Shown here in pieces: positions 19,367 to 29,994 of a stretch of DNA of 64,000 bases (position 1 is the stretch's first letter; each line of letters begins with the position of its first letter). This DNA is from Candidatus Woesebacteria bacterium (lineage in GTDB: Bacteria; Patescibacteriota; Microgenomatia; UBA1400; UBA1396), in contig JAJOJK010000018.1 of NCBI GenBank assembly GCA_021208605.1, positions 4,780 through 68,779 of the forward strand, read 5' to 3'. The notes below the pieces were generated by a model. That model was not told the origin of the DNA. It made no database searches and worked only from the letters and a program-made list of their open reading frames with translations. The translations under genes were made by a program, and so were the position numbers.

Positions 19367-19452
19367 AAAGGTTACCTTCTTCTTTATTTTTCTCTGGAAA
19401 GGTTACCTTAAGGTAACCCTTCCAGAGGTAGTTAAAAAGGAAGGTAACCCTA
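19367..19452. repeat. REP-like palindromic repeat, right copy flanking the transposase
   Basis: AAGGTTACCTTC and hairpin CTCTGGAAAGGTTACCTTAAGGTAACCCTTCCAGAG followed by GTAGTTAAA; direct repeat of 18788-18865. Confidence 0.8.
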
Positions 19453-19460
19453 CAACCAAC

Positions 19461-19486
19461 AAAAAAGCCCCTCCCGGGGCTTTCTT
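19461..19486 (-). terminator. Intrinsic terminator after tuf
   Basis: Minus strand AAAGCCCC-GGGA-GGGGCTTTTTT. Confidence 0.85.
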
Positions 19487-19517
19487 GCTCTAAACAGATC
19501 TTTTCTGCTTAAAAATC

Positions 19518-20696
19518 TTACTCGACGATTTCGGTAATAGCACCGGCACCGACAGTCAGACCACCTTCGCGAATAGCGAAGCGGAGACCTTGCTCAAGAG
19601 CAACATTGCTGATGAGTTCGACAGTCATGTTAGCGTTGTCGCCAGGCATAACCATTTCGGTTCCTTCGGCCAACTTGATTTCACCGGTAACGTCAGTTGT
19701 ACGGATGTAGAACTGAGGACGGTATCCAGAGAAGAATGGCTTGTGACGTCCACCTTCTTCTTTGGTCAAGATAAGCACTTCAGCTTTGAACTTGTTGTGG
19801 GTCTTGAGAGAGCCAGCCTTACAGAGGACTTGACCACGTTGGACGTCGTCTTTTTCGACACCACGCAGCAAGATACCGACGTTGTCACCAGCTTCACCTT
19901 GGGTAAGTTCTTTACGGAACATTTCCACACCAGTGACGGTAGACTTCATTGGGTTATCAAAACCGAGGATTTCGATTTCGTCACCAACTTTGACCACACC
20001 GCGTTCGATACGACCGGTTACAACCGTACCACGACCCTTGATGGAGAAGACGTCTTCTACAGCCATCAAGAAAGGCTTGTCGGTTTCACGGACAGGATCT
20101 TCGATGTAGGTGTCGACAGCATCCATGAGTTCCATGACCTTGGCTTGAGCGTCGGCGTCACCTTCAAGAGCCTTGAGGGCAGACACACGAACAACTGGAG
20201 CGTTGTCACCGTCAAAACCGTATTTGGTCAAGAGTTCACGAACTTCCATTTCGACCAAGTCGAGGAGTTCTTCGTCATCAACCATGTCACACTTGTTCAG
20301 AGCGACGACCAAACGTGGAACGTTCACTTGCTTAGCCAGCAAGATGTGCTCACGTGTTTGAGGCATAGGACCATCGGTAGCAGCCACAACCAAGATAGCA
20401 CCGTCCATTTGAGCGGCACCGGTAATCATGTTCTTGATGTAGTCAGCGTGACCTGGAGCATCAATGTGAGCATAGTGACGTTTTTCAGTCTCGTACTCGA
20501 TGTGAGAAATGTTAATAGTAACACCGCGAGCCGCTTCTTCTGGAGCGTTGTCAATGTCGGTGTAACCCATCGCTTGGGCAAAACCCTTTTGAGCGAGAGT
20601 TGTAGTAATAGCCGCAGTTAACGTGGTCTTACCGTGGTCAACGTGACCAATCGTACCAATGTTAACGTGTGGCTTGGTGCGTTGGAACTGAGCCAT
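19518..20696 (-). CDS. tuf: Elongation factor Tu
   Basis: [29 protein letters not shown]. Confidence 0.99.
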   Translation of the reverse strand: MAQFQRTKPHVNIGTIGHVDHGKTTLTAAITTTLAQKGFAQAMGYTDIDNAPEEAARGVTINISHIEYETEKRHYAHIDAPGHADYIKNMITGAAQMDGAILVVAATDGPMPQTREHILLAKQVNVPRLVVALNKCDMVDDEELLDLVEMEVRELLTKYGFDGDNAPVVRVSALKALEGDADAQAKVMELMDAVDTYIEDPVRETDKPFLMAVEDVFSIKGRGTVVTGRIERGVVKVGDEIEILGFDNPMKSTVTGVEMFRKELTQGEAGDNVGILLRGVEKDDVQRGQVLCKAGSLKTHNKFKAEVLILTKEEGGRHKPFFSGYRPQFYIRTTDVTGEIKLAEGTEMVMPGDNANMTVELISNVALEQGLRFAIREGGLTVGAGAITEIVE

Positions 20697-20774
20697 ACTT
20701 TTTCTCCTTTATTTTTCTTTCTTTATTTCTCTGGTGAAGACCAACCGAAACGGCAGTCTCCCCTCTAGATTCTT

Positions 20775-22910
20775 TTAGGACTGCTGCTCCACAATTTGTT
20801 GAGCAATGTTGTCAGGAACGACCTCATAGTGGCTCGGCTCCATGTAGTAGGAAGCACGACCCTGAGTCATACTACGAAGAATTGTAGCATAGCTCGGCAA
20901 TTCAGCCAGCGGGACTTGACCCTTAATGACAACAGCGGTGCCTTGTTCGGTGGAACCCTGCACGAGACCGCGACGAGAAGACAAGTCGCCAATCACGTCA
21001 CCCATAAACTCTTTTGGAGTGGTGACTTCGACGCGCATAATTGGTTCGAGCAGTTGCAAACCAGCTTTACGTGCACCAGACTGAAGACCCATAGAAGCGG
21101 CCAATTTAAAGGCAATTTCTGAAGAGTCAACATCGTGGTAACTTCCATCGTAGAGGGTAACCTTCATGTCGACCATTGGGTAGCCAGCCATAACACCGTT
21201 CGCCATAGCTTCTTCAACACCTTTTTGCACTGGAGTAATAAATTCCTTTGGAATCGCACCACCAGTGATAGCGTTGACGAACTCGAAACCAGTACCGCGG
21301 TCCATTGGTTCCAAACGAAGGTACACGTGACCGTATTGACCACGACCACCGGACTGCTTGATGTATTTGGATTCTTGCTCGGTAGGAGCTTTAATGGTTT
21401 CGCGGTAGGCAACTTGTGGAGCACCGACGTTGGCGTCCACTTTGAATTCACGCTTCATACGATCAACGATGATTTCCAAATGGAGTTCACCCATACCAGC
21501 AATAATGGTTTGGTTGGTGTCGTGGTTGACCTTAACCTGGAAGGTTGGATCTTCTTCAGACAACTTCGCCAAAGCCATACCCATTTTTTCTTGGTCAGAC
21601 TTGGTAGCTGGTTCGATAGCCAAAGAGATAACTGGTTCAGCAAAGGTAATACCTTCCAAAACAATTGGAGCGCTTTCTTCACAGAGGGAGTCACCAGTTC
21701 GGGTAGCTTTCAAACCGACCAAAGCAACGATTTCACCAGCATAGGCTGCTTGGATTTCTTCACGTTGGTTCGCGTGCATTAAGAGCACACGACCGACACG
21801 TTCCTTCTCTTTTTGGGTTGCGTTGTAGATGTATGAACCAGCTTCGAGCTTACCAGAGTAAATACGAGCATAGGTGATACGACCCACGTGTGGATCGGTC
21901 TGCACCTTGAAAGCCAACATAGCCAGAGGTTCGGTTGGAACCAATTGACGAGTGACTTCTTCACCCGTGTCTGGGTTGGTACCGGTAATGTGGTCCACAT
22001 CTTGTGGAGATGGCAGGTAGTCAACAATTGCGTCGAGCAATGGTTGGATACCCATGTTCTTCAAGGCAGAACCACAGAACATTGGCACGAGTTCATAGTT
22101 AATGACCGCTTTGCGGAGAGCTTTCTTAAGTTCAGCCACGCTGATTTCTTCACCCTCGAGGTATTTATTCATGAGTTCTTCGTCGGTTTCGACAATCATT
22201 TCCACGAGCTCGGCGCGTTTTTCTTCGGCCTTAGCTCGGAACTCTTCTGGAACGTCAATCACTTCATATGGAGTAGAAGCTTCTTGGTCAGCCCAGTGAA
22301 GCGCTCTCATTTCGAGCAACTGCACTAAACCGCGGAACTCGTTCTCGGCACCCATTGGCATAACCATAGGAGCTGGCGTAACACCAAATTTCTCTTTGAC
22401 GTCACCAACCACGAAATCAAAGTTGGCACCAACTTTGTCCATCTTGTTGACAAAACAGAGACGAGGCACGTGGTACTTGTCAGCTTGACGCCAAACGGTT
22501 TCAGATTGAGACTGCACACCTTTGTCGGCGTCGAGCACTGTCACACCACCATCGAGCACACGCAGAGAACGCTCCACCTCAGCGGTGAAGTCGACGTGAC
22601 CTGGTGTGTCAATAATGTTAATGCGATGATCCGTTTGCGGCATCAAAGTTTGTTCGAGAACTGGAGTCCAGAAAGTTGTGGTGGCCGCGGAAACAATGGT
22701 AATACCACGTTCACGCTCTTGCTCCATCCAGTCCATGGTGGCTTCACCTTCGTGAACCTCACCAATTTTGTAGGATTTACCGGTGAAGTATAAAATACGT
22801 TCGGTCGTGGTGGTTTTACCGGCATCAATGTGCGCGATAATACCAATGTTACGAATCCGGTCGAGCGGAAGGTTGCGGTCGTCAGTCTTGACTGTTTGTT
22901 GCGTGGCCAT
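20775..22910 (-). CDS. fusA: Elongation factor G
   Basis: [39 protein letters not shown]. Confidence 0.99.
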   Translation of the reverse strand: MATQQTVKTDDRNLPLDRIRNIGIIAHIDAGKTTTTERILYFTGKSYKIGEVHEGEATMDWMEQERERGITIVSAATTTFWTPVLEQTLMPQTDHRINIIDTPGHVDFTAEVERSLRVLDGGVTVLDADKGVQSQSETVWRQADKYHVPRLCFVNKMDKVGANFDFVVGDVKEKFGVTPAPMVMPMGAENEFRGLVQLLEMRALHWADQEASTPYEVIDVPEEFRAKAEEKRAELVEMIVETDEELMNKYLEGEEISVAELKKALRKAVINYELVPMFCGSALKNMGIQPLLDAIVDYLPSPQDVDHITGTNPDTGEEVTRQLVPTEPLAMLAFKVQTDPHVGRITYARIYSGKLEAGSYIYNATQKEKERVGRVLLMHANQREEIQAAYAGEIVALVGLKATRTGDSLCEESAPIVLEGITFAEPVISLAIEPATKSDQEKMGMALAKLSEEDPTFQVKVNHDTNQTIIAGMGELHLEIIVDRMKREFKVDANVGAPQVAYRETIKAPTEQESKYIKQSGGRGQYGHVYLRLEPMDRGTGFEFVNAITGGAIPKEFITPVQKGVEEAMANGVMAGYPMVDMKVTLYDGSYHDVDSSEIAFKLAASMGLQSGARKAGLQLLEPIMRVEVTTPKEFMGDVIGDLSSRRGLVQGSTEQGTAVVIKGQVPLAELPSYATILRSMTQGRASYYMEPSHYEVVPDNIAQQIVEQQS

Positions 22911-22977
22911 AAATATCTAAAAGGATTTTCCTGCAGATGTGTAACCCGAAGGGCAGGTGAATCCTTTTCCCTTATAG
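22911..22977 (-). promoter_or_regulatory. Conserved hairpin leader element (copy before fusA)
   Basis: mRNA: TAAGG G [AAAAGGATT CA CCTGC CC-TTCG-GG TTACACATCT GCAGG AA AATCCTTTT] AGATATTT ATG. Confidence 0.85.
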
Positions 22978-23039
22978 ATTACTTCTTGTGTATTTCCTTT
23001 TCCTCTATATTTTCTTTTTTCTCTATTTCTATTTCTAGC

Positions 23040-23516
23040 TTACCATCGGAAGTGAGCAAATGCTTTGTTAGCATCGGCCATCTTGTGCGTGGTGATTTTC
23101 TTCTGGAAGGCTCCGCCTTCTTCTTTGAGGGCGTCCATCATTTCAGCAGCCAGCTTCTCAGCGAAGGTGTGGTAGGAACGATTAGAACGCTTGTTGGCTT
23201 CGTTAATCAGCCAGCGAATAGCCAAAGAAGAACCACGGCGGTCAGAGACCGGCATAGGCACTTGGTAAGAAGCACCACCGACACGACGGGAGCGAACTTC
23301 CATCTGTGGGGTAATTTGTTGGAGCACCTCTTCCAGAACGTCGAGGGCTTTTCGGTTTAAGGTTTGGGCGACGAGATCTAAAGCACCATACACTTGCTTT
23401 TGAGCAGCAGTCTTTTTACCGTCTCGCATGGCTCGGTTAATGAGGCGAGCGACGACGACCGAGTTAAACTTCGGATCAGCTTTGACATCACGTCTGGGGA
23501 ATCTTTTTGCGCGCAT
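23040..23516 (-). CDS. rpsG: 30S ribosomal protein S7
   Basis: MRDGKK, EVRSRRVGGASYQVP, MADANKAFAHFRW. Confidence 0.98.
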   Translation of the reverse strand: MRAKRFPRRDVKADPKFNSVVVARLINRAMRDGKKTAAQKQVYGALDLVAQTLNRKALDVLEEVLQQITPQMEVRSRRVGGASYQVPMPVSDRRGSSLAIRWLINEANKRSNRSYHTFAEKLAAEMMDALKEEGGAFQKKITTHKMADANKAFAHFRW

Positions 23517-23557
23517 TGTTTGTCTTTCTTATTTCTCTTCAAAAATTACTAACTTGA

Positions 23558-23971
23558 TTAAGCCTTTGGTTTCTTAGTACCGTACTTCGAACGAGAAGTG
23601 CGACGTTTTTCGACACCAGCGGTATCGTACTTACCACGCACAATGTGATACTTCACACCAGGTAAGTCTTTTACACGACCACCACGCACCAACACAATGC
23701 TGTGTTCAGCGAGGTTGTGACCTTCACCTTGAATGTAAGCAGTGACTTCCATACGGTTCGACAAACGAACACGAGCCACTTTACGCAAAGCGGAGTTAGG
23801 TTTCTTTGGAGTCATGGTTTTTACCAATGTACACACACCACGCTTTTGTGGGTTAGCGGTTTTTACCACTTGGTTTTTCACCGCGTTAAAAGAACGGCGT
23901 AAAGCCTGGGCTTTCACCTTAGTTGGTTTCGACTTGCGACCTTTACGGATCAGTTGATTGATCGTTGGCAT
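23558..23971 (-). CDS. rpsL: 30S ribosomal protein S12
   Basis: [28 protein letters not shown]. Confidence 0.99.
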   Translation of the reverse strand: MPTINQLIRKGRKSKPTKVKAQALRRSFNAVKNQVVKTANPQKRGVCTLVKTMTPKKPNSALRKVARVRLSNRMEVTAYIQGEGHNLAEHSIVLVRGGRVKDLPGVKYHIVRGKYDTAGVEKRRTSRSKYGTKKPKA

Positions 23972-24194
23972 GGATCTTTCCTTTTTTTCTTTGAAAAGAA
24001 GTTCTTTTCAGTTTATTCGTTCAGGTGGAGAAGTGACAAAACAAAAAAAATGTTCCGGTATTACTCAAGAATTTCGCTTGGGAAATTCCTGTCAACTTCA
24101 CACCTTGAGACATGTATTGTATCAGAAAAAACAACTTACACAAGACTACCCATCCATTGTCCTGTAAAAAAAAGATACGTATACTGCTCTTACC

Positions 24195-25243
24195 ATGCCA
24201 CACACAGAAAACCCTGGCCAACAGAGCGCCGAAATGAGAAATTTTACTGAGGTGCTTCATGAAACCAAAAATATACTCTTACAACTTGCTCAACATCATC
24301 CTCATGAATCTCAGCTTGATCTCAAAACAATTGAATAGGCGGCAGAATTTTTAGAAAAATACGTACACAGACTCACCGACCGAGAAAGACTGCAATCATT
24401 CTCCAGAGATCCCGAACGCTGGTACCTCGCTTTTTTTGCCGTTATGCGCTTTCAGGAGGATCCTAGACGACTTTTGCGTGGTCTTGAGGCAACTCTGAAC
24501 AAAAAAGATACTATCGTGCACGCAGAATACGCCATGCGAGAAAAAGTAGTCCGTAGAATGATTCATATTGCTTTCGGAGATCCAGATAGGAAAAAAGATT
24601 TCTCTACATTAGTACAAGAAAATGCTGAGATGTATCTGGGTGTTCCAGTCTGTTTTCTGGCTGAGTCAATGAATGATTACTTCCATGTAATCAGAACAGC
24701 CTGTGCTGTCGAAGAAACGGAAGCGGAGACACTCTATTACAATCATGGGTTCGTTATCCCGAGGGAAAAAGCTTTCTTCACCTACCGTAATGCCTCGCAA
24801 AACATATGTACCACGAGATCATGCATATCAAGAACCGTGGATTACGGCACTACATCTATGGAGAAGCGCTGGATGAAGGCATGACAGAATTCATGGCTTT
24901 GCAATACACAAACAATCAAGTCGAAAAAACTACCGCAAGAAAACTCCTGGCAAAAATAGCCAATTTTATTCCTGCCTTCAGGAGTCATTACTCCACAGAA
25001 ATATCGATCATACAAAAGCTGCAAAGTAATCCGCGTATTGCACCACTTCTCCAGGAACGATACGCAGGCAATACCCCCGACAATACAGAATTTATGCAAG
25101 CACTAATCCTCGAGTACGGCTGGGAAGTATGTTTTGATCTCTGGAGGGCAGTGAGTAATACAGCACACTCAGATGGCGTAAACACGCCACTGCTGCCAAC
25201 AGAAACCGTACTGCAAAAACTCAATAGCTTAAGTCGTTCGTAG
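24195..25243 (+). pseudogene. Interrupted gluzincin-like zinc metallopeptidase
   Basis: ATG at 24195 is in frame with ORF 24444 through a TAG at 24336; frameshift near 24805; HEIMH followed by LDEGMTE; low GC. Confidence 0.6.
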
Positions 25244-25259
25244 TCTTGTTTGTAAGTAT

Positions 25260-26009
25260 CTACTCCGCCACCAACTTCGTCTCGACATCATTGGAAACAT
25301 ACGTGCCGACGCGCTCACCTTTGACCGCTTTGATCAAGTTATCGCCTTCGAAGAGCTCAAAGACCATCACCGGCATATTGTTTTCCATACACATGGAAAG
25401 CGCGCCGGTGTCCATTACTTGGATGTTTTCGTCGACGATGGCGTCGGCAAAGCGCATGGTTTCGTAGCGCTTGGCATCGGGGAATTTTTCTGGATCTTTG
25501 TCGTAAATGCCGTTGACTTTGGTGGCTTTCATCACCACATCGCAGTGTAGCTCGAGAGCATGGAGTGAGGCGCCGGTGTCGGTGGTCACATACGGAGCGC
25601 CAATTCCGGCAGTCAAGATCACTAAACGGCCCTTCTCCATCTGGCTAATAGCGCGGTGACGGATAAAGAGTTCGGCTACAGCAGGCATGTCGAGCGCTGA
25701 CATGACGCGATTATCGACGTCGAGCTGGTCAAGAGCACCTTGCAACGCTAAACCATTCATCACCGTGGCCAGCATACCCATGTAATCAGCAGTGGCGCGA
25801 TCAAAACCCTGCTGTGAAGCGGAAAGACCGCGGAAAATGTTTCCACCACCAACAACAACCGCTACTTGCACACCCATATCAGTCACCTGTTTCAATTTGC
25901 GCGCCACTTCTTCGGCCGCGTGACTATCAATTCCATACTCTCGATCACCTAAGAGTGATTCTCCACTCACTTTGATGAGTACTCGCTGAAAAGCTGGTTG
26001 TGCAGACAT
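25260..26009 (-). CDS. pyrH: Uridylate kinase
   Basis: IKVSGE, GGGNIFRG, ADYMGMLAT, TTDT, VMD; start at MSAQP after a GAAAGGGG SD. Confidence 0.97.
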   Translation of the reverse strand: MSAQPAFQRVLIKVSGESLLGDREYGIDSHAAEEVARKLKQVTDMGVQVAVVVGGGNIFRGLSASQQGFDRATADYMGMLATVMNGLALQGALDQLDVDNRVMSALDMPAVAELFIRHRAISQMEKGRLVILTAGIGAPYVTTDTGASLHALELHCDVVMKATKVNGIYDKDPEKFPDAKRYETMRFADAIVDENIQVMDTGALSMCMENNMPVMVFELFEGDNLIKAVKGERVGTYVSNDVETKLVAE

Positions 26010-26025
26010 GGGCCCCTTTCTAGGC

Positions 26026-26050
26026 AAAAAAAACCACCAAACCTTGGTGG
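26026..26050 (-). terminator. Terminator-like hairpin in the pyrH leader (possible attenuator)
   Basis: CCACCAA-GGT-TTGGTGG followed by T8, ending 16 nt before the pyrH ATG. Confidence 0.65.
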
Positions 26051-26165
26051 CTGCATTTCTTTATCTGGTTGTTTCCTTCCAACACTGCATGTGTCGAACC
26101 ATTATAGCGCACTTTCTCATTTCGTGAGGGGGATTCTGAAAAAAATGCATTTCATCGCCACGAGA

Positions 26166-26227
26166 CAAAAAAGAGCAGGAGGCTGTTGAGGCATTCGCGC
26201 CTCACCCAGTCTCCTGCTTCTTTTTTC
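26166..26227 (-). terminator. Long hairpin terminator after rpoC
   Basis: AAAAAAGAGCAGGAGGCTG..TGAGGC/GCCTCA..CAGTCTCCTGCTTCTTTTTT. Confidence 0.75.
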
Positions 26228-26237
26228 GTCGAACTAT

Positions 26238-29200
26238 TTAGACTTCTATCTCAGCCCGTTCCTCACTAGTCGGGATTAAGCGACCAATGATGACGTTTTC
26301 CTTCAGTCCGAGGAGGCGATCTTCTTTGCCTTCCACGGAAGCTTGGGTCAGAACAGAGGTGGTGTTCTGGAAGGAAGCGGCAGAGAGCCAGCTTTCGGTG
26401 TAGAGAGATGCTCGAGTAATACCGAGGATCAGCACCTGACCAGTGGCAGGTTCACCACCTTCGGCCAAGACCGTTTCGTTCTCTTCACGGAAGCGCATGC
26501 GGTCAACGATTTCACCTGGCAACAGGGATGTGTCGCCGGCGGTTTCGATCGAGACCTTGTCGCTCATCTTACCGATGATGACTTCAAAGTGCTTGTCGTT
26601 AATCGAGATACCCTGAGACTCGTACACCGCTTGGATGGCTTCGAGCAAGTACATCTGAGCTGCACGCATACCGCGGAGCTTCAAGACGTCACGTACATCG
26701 AGTGAACCAGCCGAGAGCTGTTGGCCAGCGGCGACTAAGTCACCGTCTTCCACCATTGGCTTGCTGGTACGAGGCAGATCGTAGGAACGCTCTTCTTGCG
26801 GCTTGCCTTGGGAAATGATCGTAATCTTGTAACCCATGTCAGTTTCCATGACCGTCACCTTACCGGCGATTTCGGCTAATGGAGCTTGCGCTTTGGGATT
26901 GCGGATTTCGAACAGTTCTTCCACACGTGGCAAACCTTGGGTCACGTCGAGACCGACGATACCACCAGAGTGTTTCACACGCATAGTCAGCTGAGTACCT
27001 GGCTCACCAATGGATTGGGCAGCCACAATACCGGCCGGAGTACCAATCTTGACGAGTTTCTTGTCGGACAAGTCCCAACCGTAACAGTGTTGACAGAGAC
27101 CAGTTGGCATCTGACAGCTCAGTGCGGAACGAACCCAGACACTCTCGACACCGGCGTTCACGATCGCTTCGACCTTGGCGTCATCGAGCAAAGTGTTGGC
27201 CTCAGCCAGCACGGTGCCGTTGGCATCCACTACTTCGCGAGCAGTGAAACGACCCAGCATACGCTTCGGGAAGACTTCATCGCGGCCAGCAGCTGACTTA
27301 ACAATCTCGAGACCTTCTTCAGTGCCACAGTCTTCGGCACGGATGATGGAATCGTGCGCCACGTCAGTCAAACGACGGGTCAGGTAACCAGCATCAGCAG
27401 TCTTCAGAGCCGAGTCAGTCAAACCTTTACGAGAACCACGGGAGGAGGTCACGTACTCGAAGATCGAAAGACCTTCACGGAAGTTTGACTTGGTAGGCAT
27501 TTCCACGATACGGCCCATTGGGTCGACCACGAGACCACGCATAGCGGCGAGCTGTTTCACCTGGTCTTTGGAAGCACGAGTACCTCCAGAGTTAATGATG
27601 ACTTTGATAGCGTTGGCTTCGTCAAAGTTATCCCAGGTCTTGTCGGCGACATCGTCGGTGGTTTCCATCCAGACGTCGAAGGTCAGACGACGCTTCTCTT
27701 CTTCGGTAATTAAACCTTGGAGGTAGTTGTCTTGGATTTCTTCGGCACGCTTGTTGGCTTTTTCGATAATCGCATCTTTTCGTCCAACATGACACAGTCG
27801 GTCACAGCTACGGACAAACCAGACTTAGTAGTCGTTTGGAAACCGAGTTCTTTGATGTTATCAATCAGAGCAGCAATGACTTCTGGGTCATCGTTGTGGT
27901 TGATAGCTTCAGTGACGATTTCCTTGATACGTCCAGCGGTAACCGCTTCGTTCACGTAGCCCATAGTAGCAGGCAGTACAGCGTTGAAGCGAATACGACC
28001 AACCGTGGTTTCACGACGCTCATAGGTACCATCTTCGTTACGGAAACGAACCGTAATGAGTTGACGCTCAGTGATCACCCCCATCTGTTGCGCCGTTTCG
28101 GCGTCCGCAGGAGAGGCAAACACGGTCTCGTGAGCAGCACGAGTCGCATCGACTGCAGTCAGGTAGTACACACCCATGGCCATGTCTTTGTTTGGCACAG
28201 TAATTGGGCTGGCGTCAGCTGGCTTGAGTAAGTTGTGCATTGGCAACATCTTCTCTTTCGCTTCGCGGATCGCTTGTTGGGTCAGCGGAACGTGGACAGC
28301 CATCTGGTCACCGTCGAAGTCAGCGTTATATCCAGAACAGACACAAGGGTGCAGACGGATAGCGTTACCTTCAATCAAGACTGGGTAGAAAGCCTGGATA
28401 CCGAGTTTGTGCAGAGTTGGAGCACGGTTCAGCATCACTGGGTGTTCGCGAGTGATCGATTCGAGAATGTCGAACACGATTTCGTTGCGACGCTCAAGCA
28501 TGTACTTAGCGCTACGAATGTTTGGCGCATAGCCCAAACGGATCAGTTCACGCAGTACGTGCGGCTTGAACATTTCCAGAGCCATTTCTTTTGGCAAACC
28601 ACATTGGTTCAAGTTGAGTTCTGGACCAACCACGATGACCGAACGACCGGAGTAGTCAACACGTTTACCGAGCAAGTTTTGACGGAAACGACCCTGCTTA
28701 CCGCGGAGCATTTCAGCCAAAGACTTCAGCGGACGGCGACGGACGCGACGACGGTTGCGTGAAGATGAGCTATCGATCAAAGCATCAACCGACTCTTGCA
28801 ACATACGTTTTTCGTTGCGCAAGATAATGTCTGGAGCACCCAATTTAATGAGGTGTTTCAAACGGTTGTTACGGTTGATAACGCGACGATACAAGTCGTT
28901 CAAGTCAGAAGCAGCAAAGCGACCACCAGAGAGTTGCACCATAGGACGCAGGTCCGGAGGCAGCACTGGCAACACCTTCATGAAGAGCCACTCTGGGTTT
29001 TGGCCAGAAGAGCGGAACCCTTCAATAATGCGCAGACGCTTGGTAGCTTTGACTTTGCGTTGACCCTTTAAGGTGTCGACTTCCTCTTGCAGCTGTTCAG
29101 CCAAGGCGTCGAGATCCAAAGTGCGGACAATTTCAAGCAAAGCTTCAGCACCCATGCCAATACGCAAGTGGTCAGCGGCATCGTACTCAATCAACTTGAT

Positions 29201-29992
29201 GTACTCGTCCTCAAAGAGGATGGAGTGCAACTCAACTTTTTTGACTAAGTCACGAACCGTGTTGTAGATTTCGTCAGCATTGTCGAGGTCGCTAGAAAGT
29301 TGATCTTTGATAGTAGCTACTTTTTGCTTAGCTTTGAGCTCAGTTGCTTGCAACTTGAGGGAGCGAGTCTCTTCGTTGGTGACTTGATCCTTGATGGACT
29401 TCAGATCACCGGCGAGCTGGTCGCGCAGATCGTCGATCTCATTTTGAGCATCATCTTTCAACACTTGCTTAGCGTTTTCGCGATCCTCTTCGAGACGGGC
29501 CAAAACAGCTTCTTTCTCTTCCACATCCACTTCGAGCACGATGTACTTGCTGAAGTAAATCAGAGAAGCTAAGTTACGTGGACTAATGTCGAGCAACAAA
29601 GACAGTGGTGAAGGAGCACCCTTAAAGAACCAGATGTGAGACACCGGCACGGCCAAGCTAATATGACCAAGACGCTCGCGACGCACGCGGCTCTGAGTGA
29701 TTTCCACACCACACTTGTCACAAACAATACCCTTGTAGCGGTAGCCTTTGTACTTACCACAGTGACACTGCCAATCTTTCATTGGACCGAAAATTTCTTC
29801 GGCAAACAAACCAGACTTTTCAGCGCGCTGGGTACGGTAGTTAATGGTTTCGGCTTTTTGCACCTCACCATGGGACCACTCTTTGATTTGTTCTGGCGGG
29901 GCCAAGGAAATGCGGAGTGACTCGAAGTCAACCACTTGTCCTTGTTTCGCTAAAGAACCAGCAAGTTTATTTTGATCTCCAAACTGTGCCAT
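26238..29992 (-). CDS. rpoC: RNA polymerase beta' subunit (one -1 frameshift near 27777-27780, probably an assembly error)
   Basis: NADFDGDQMAVH, CHCGKYK zinc site, ADAGYLTRRL, GEPGTQLTM, GLKENVIIG; one extra A joins the two ORFs. Confidence 0.97.
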
Positions 29993-29994
29993 GA

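Noticed and set aside
18788-19452. CRISPR array
   Set aside because: Only two repeat blocks around a gene; no regular spacers and no cas genes.
10269-22977. Leader hairpins as ordinary intrinsic terminators
   Set aside because: Their T4 run is paired within the stem, the loops are large and conserved, and they sit mid-operon directly before start codons; partial termination is not excluded.
24336-24338. Alternative genetic code
   Set aside because: TAG ends rpsK, rplR and rpsG, and TGA ends rplP and rpsZ, consistent with code 11.
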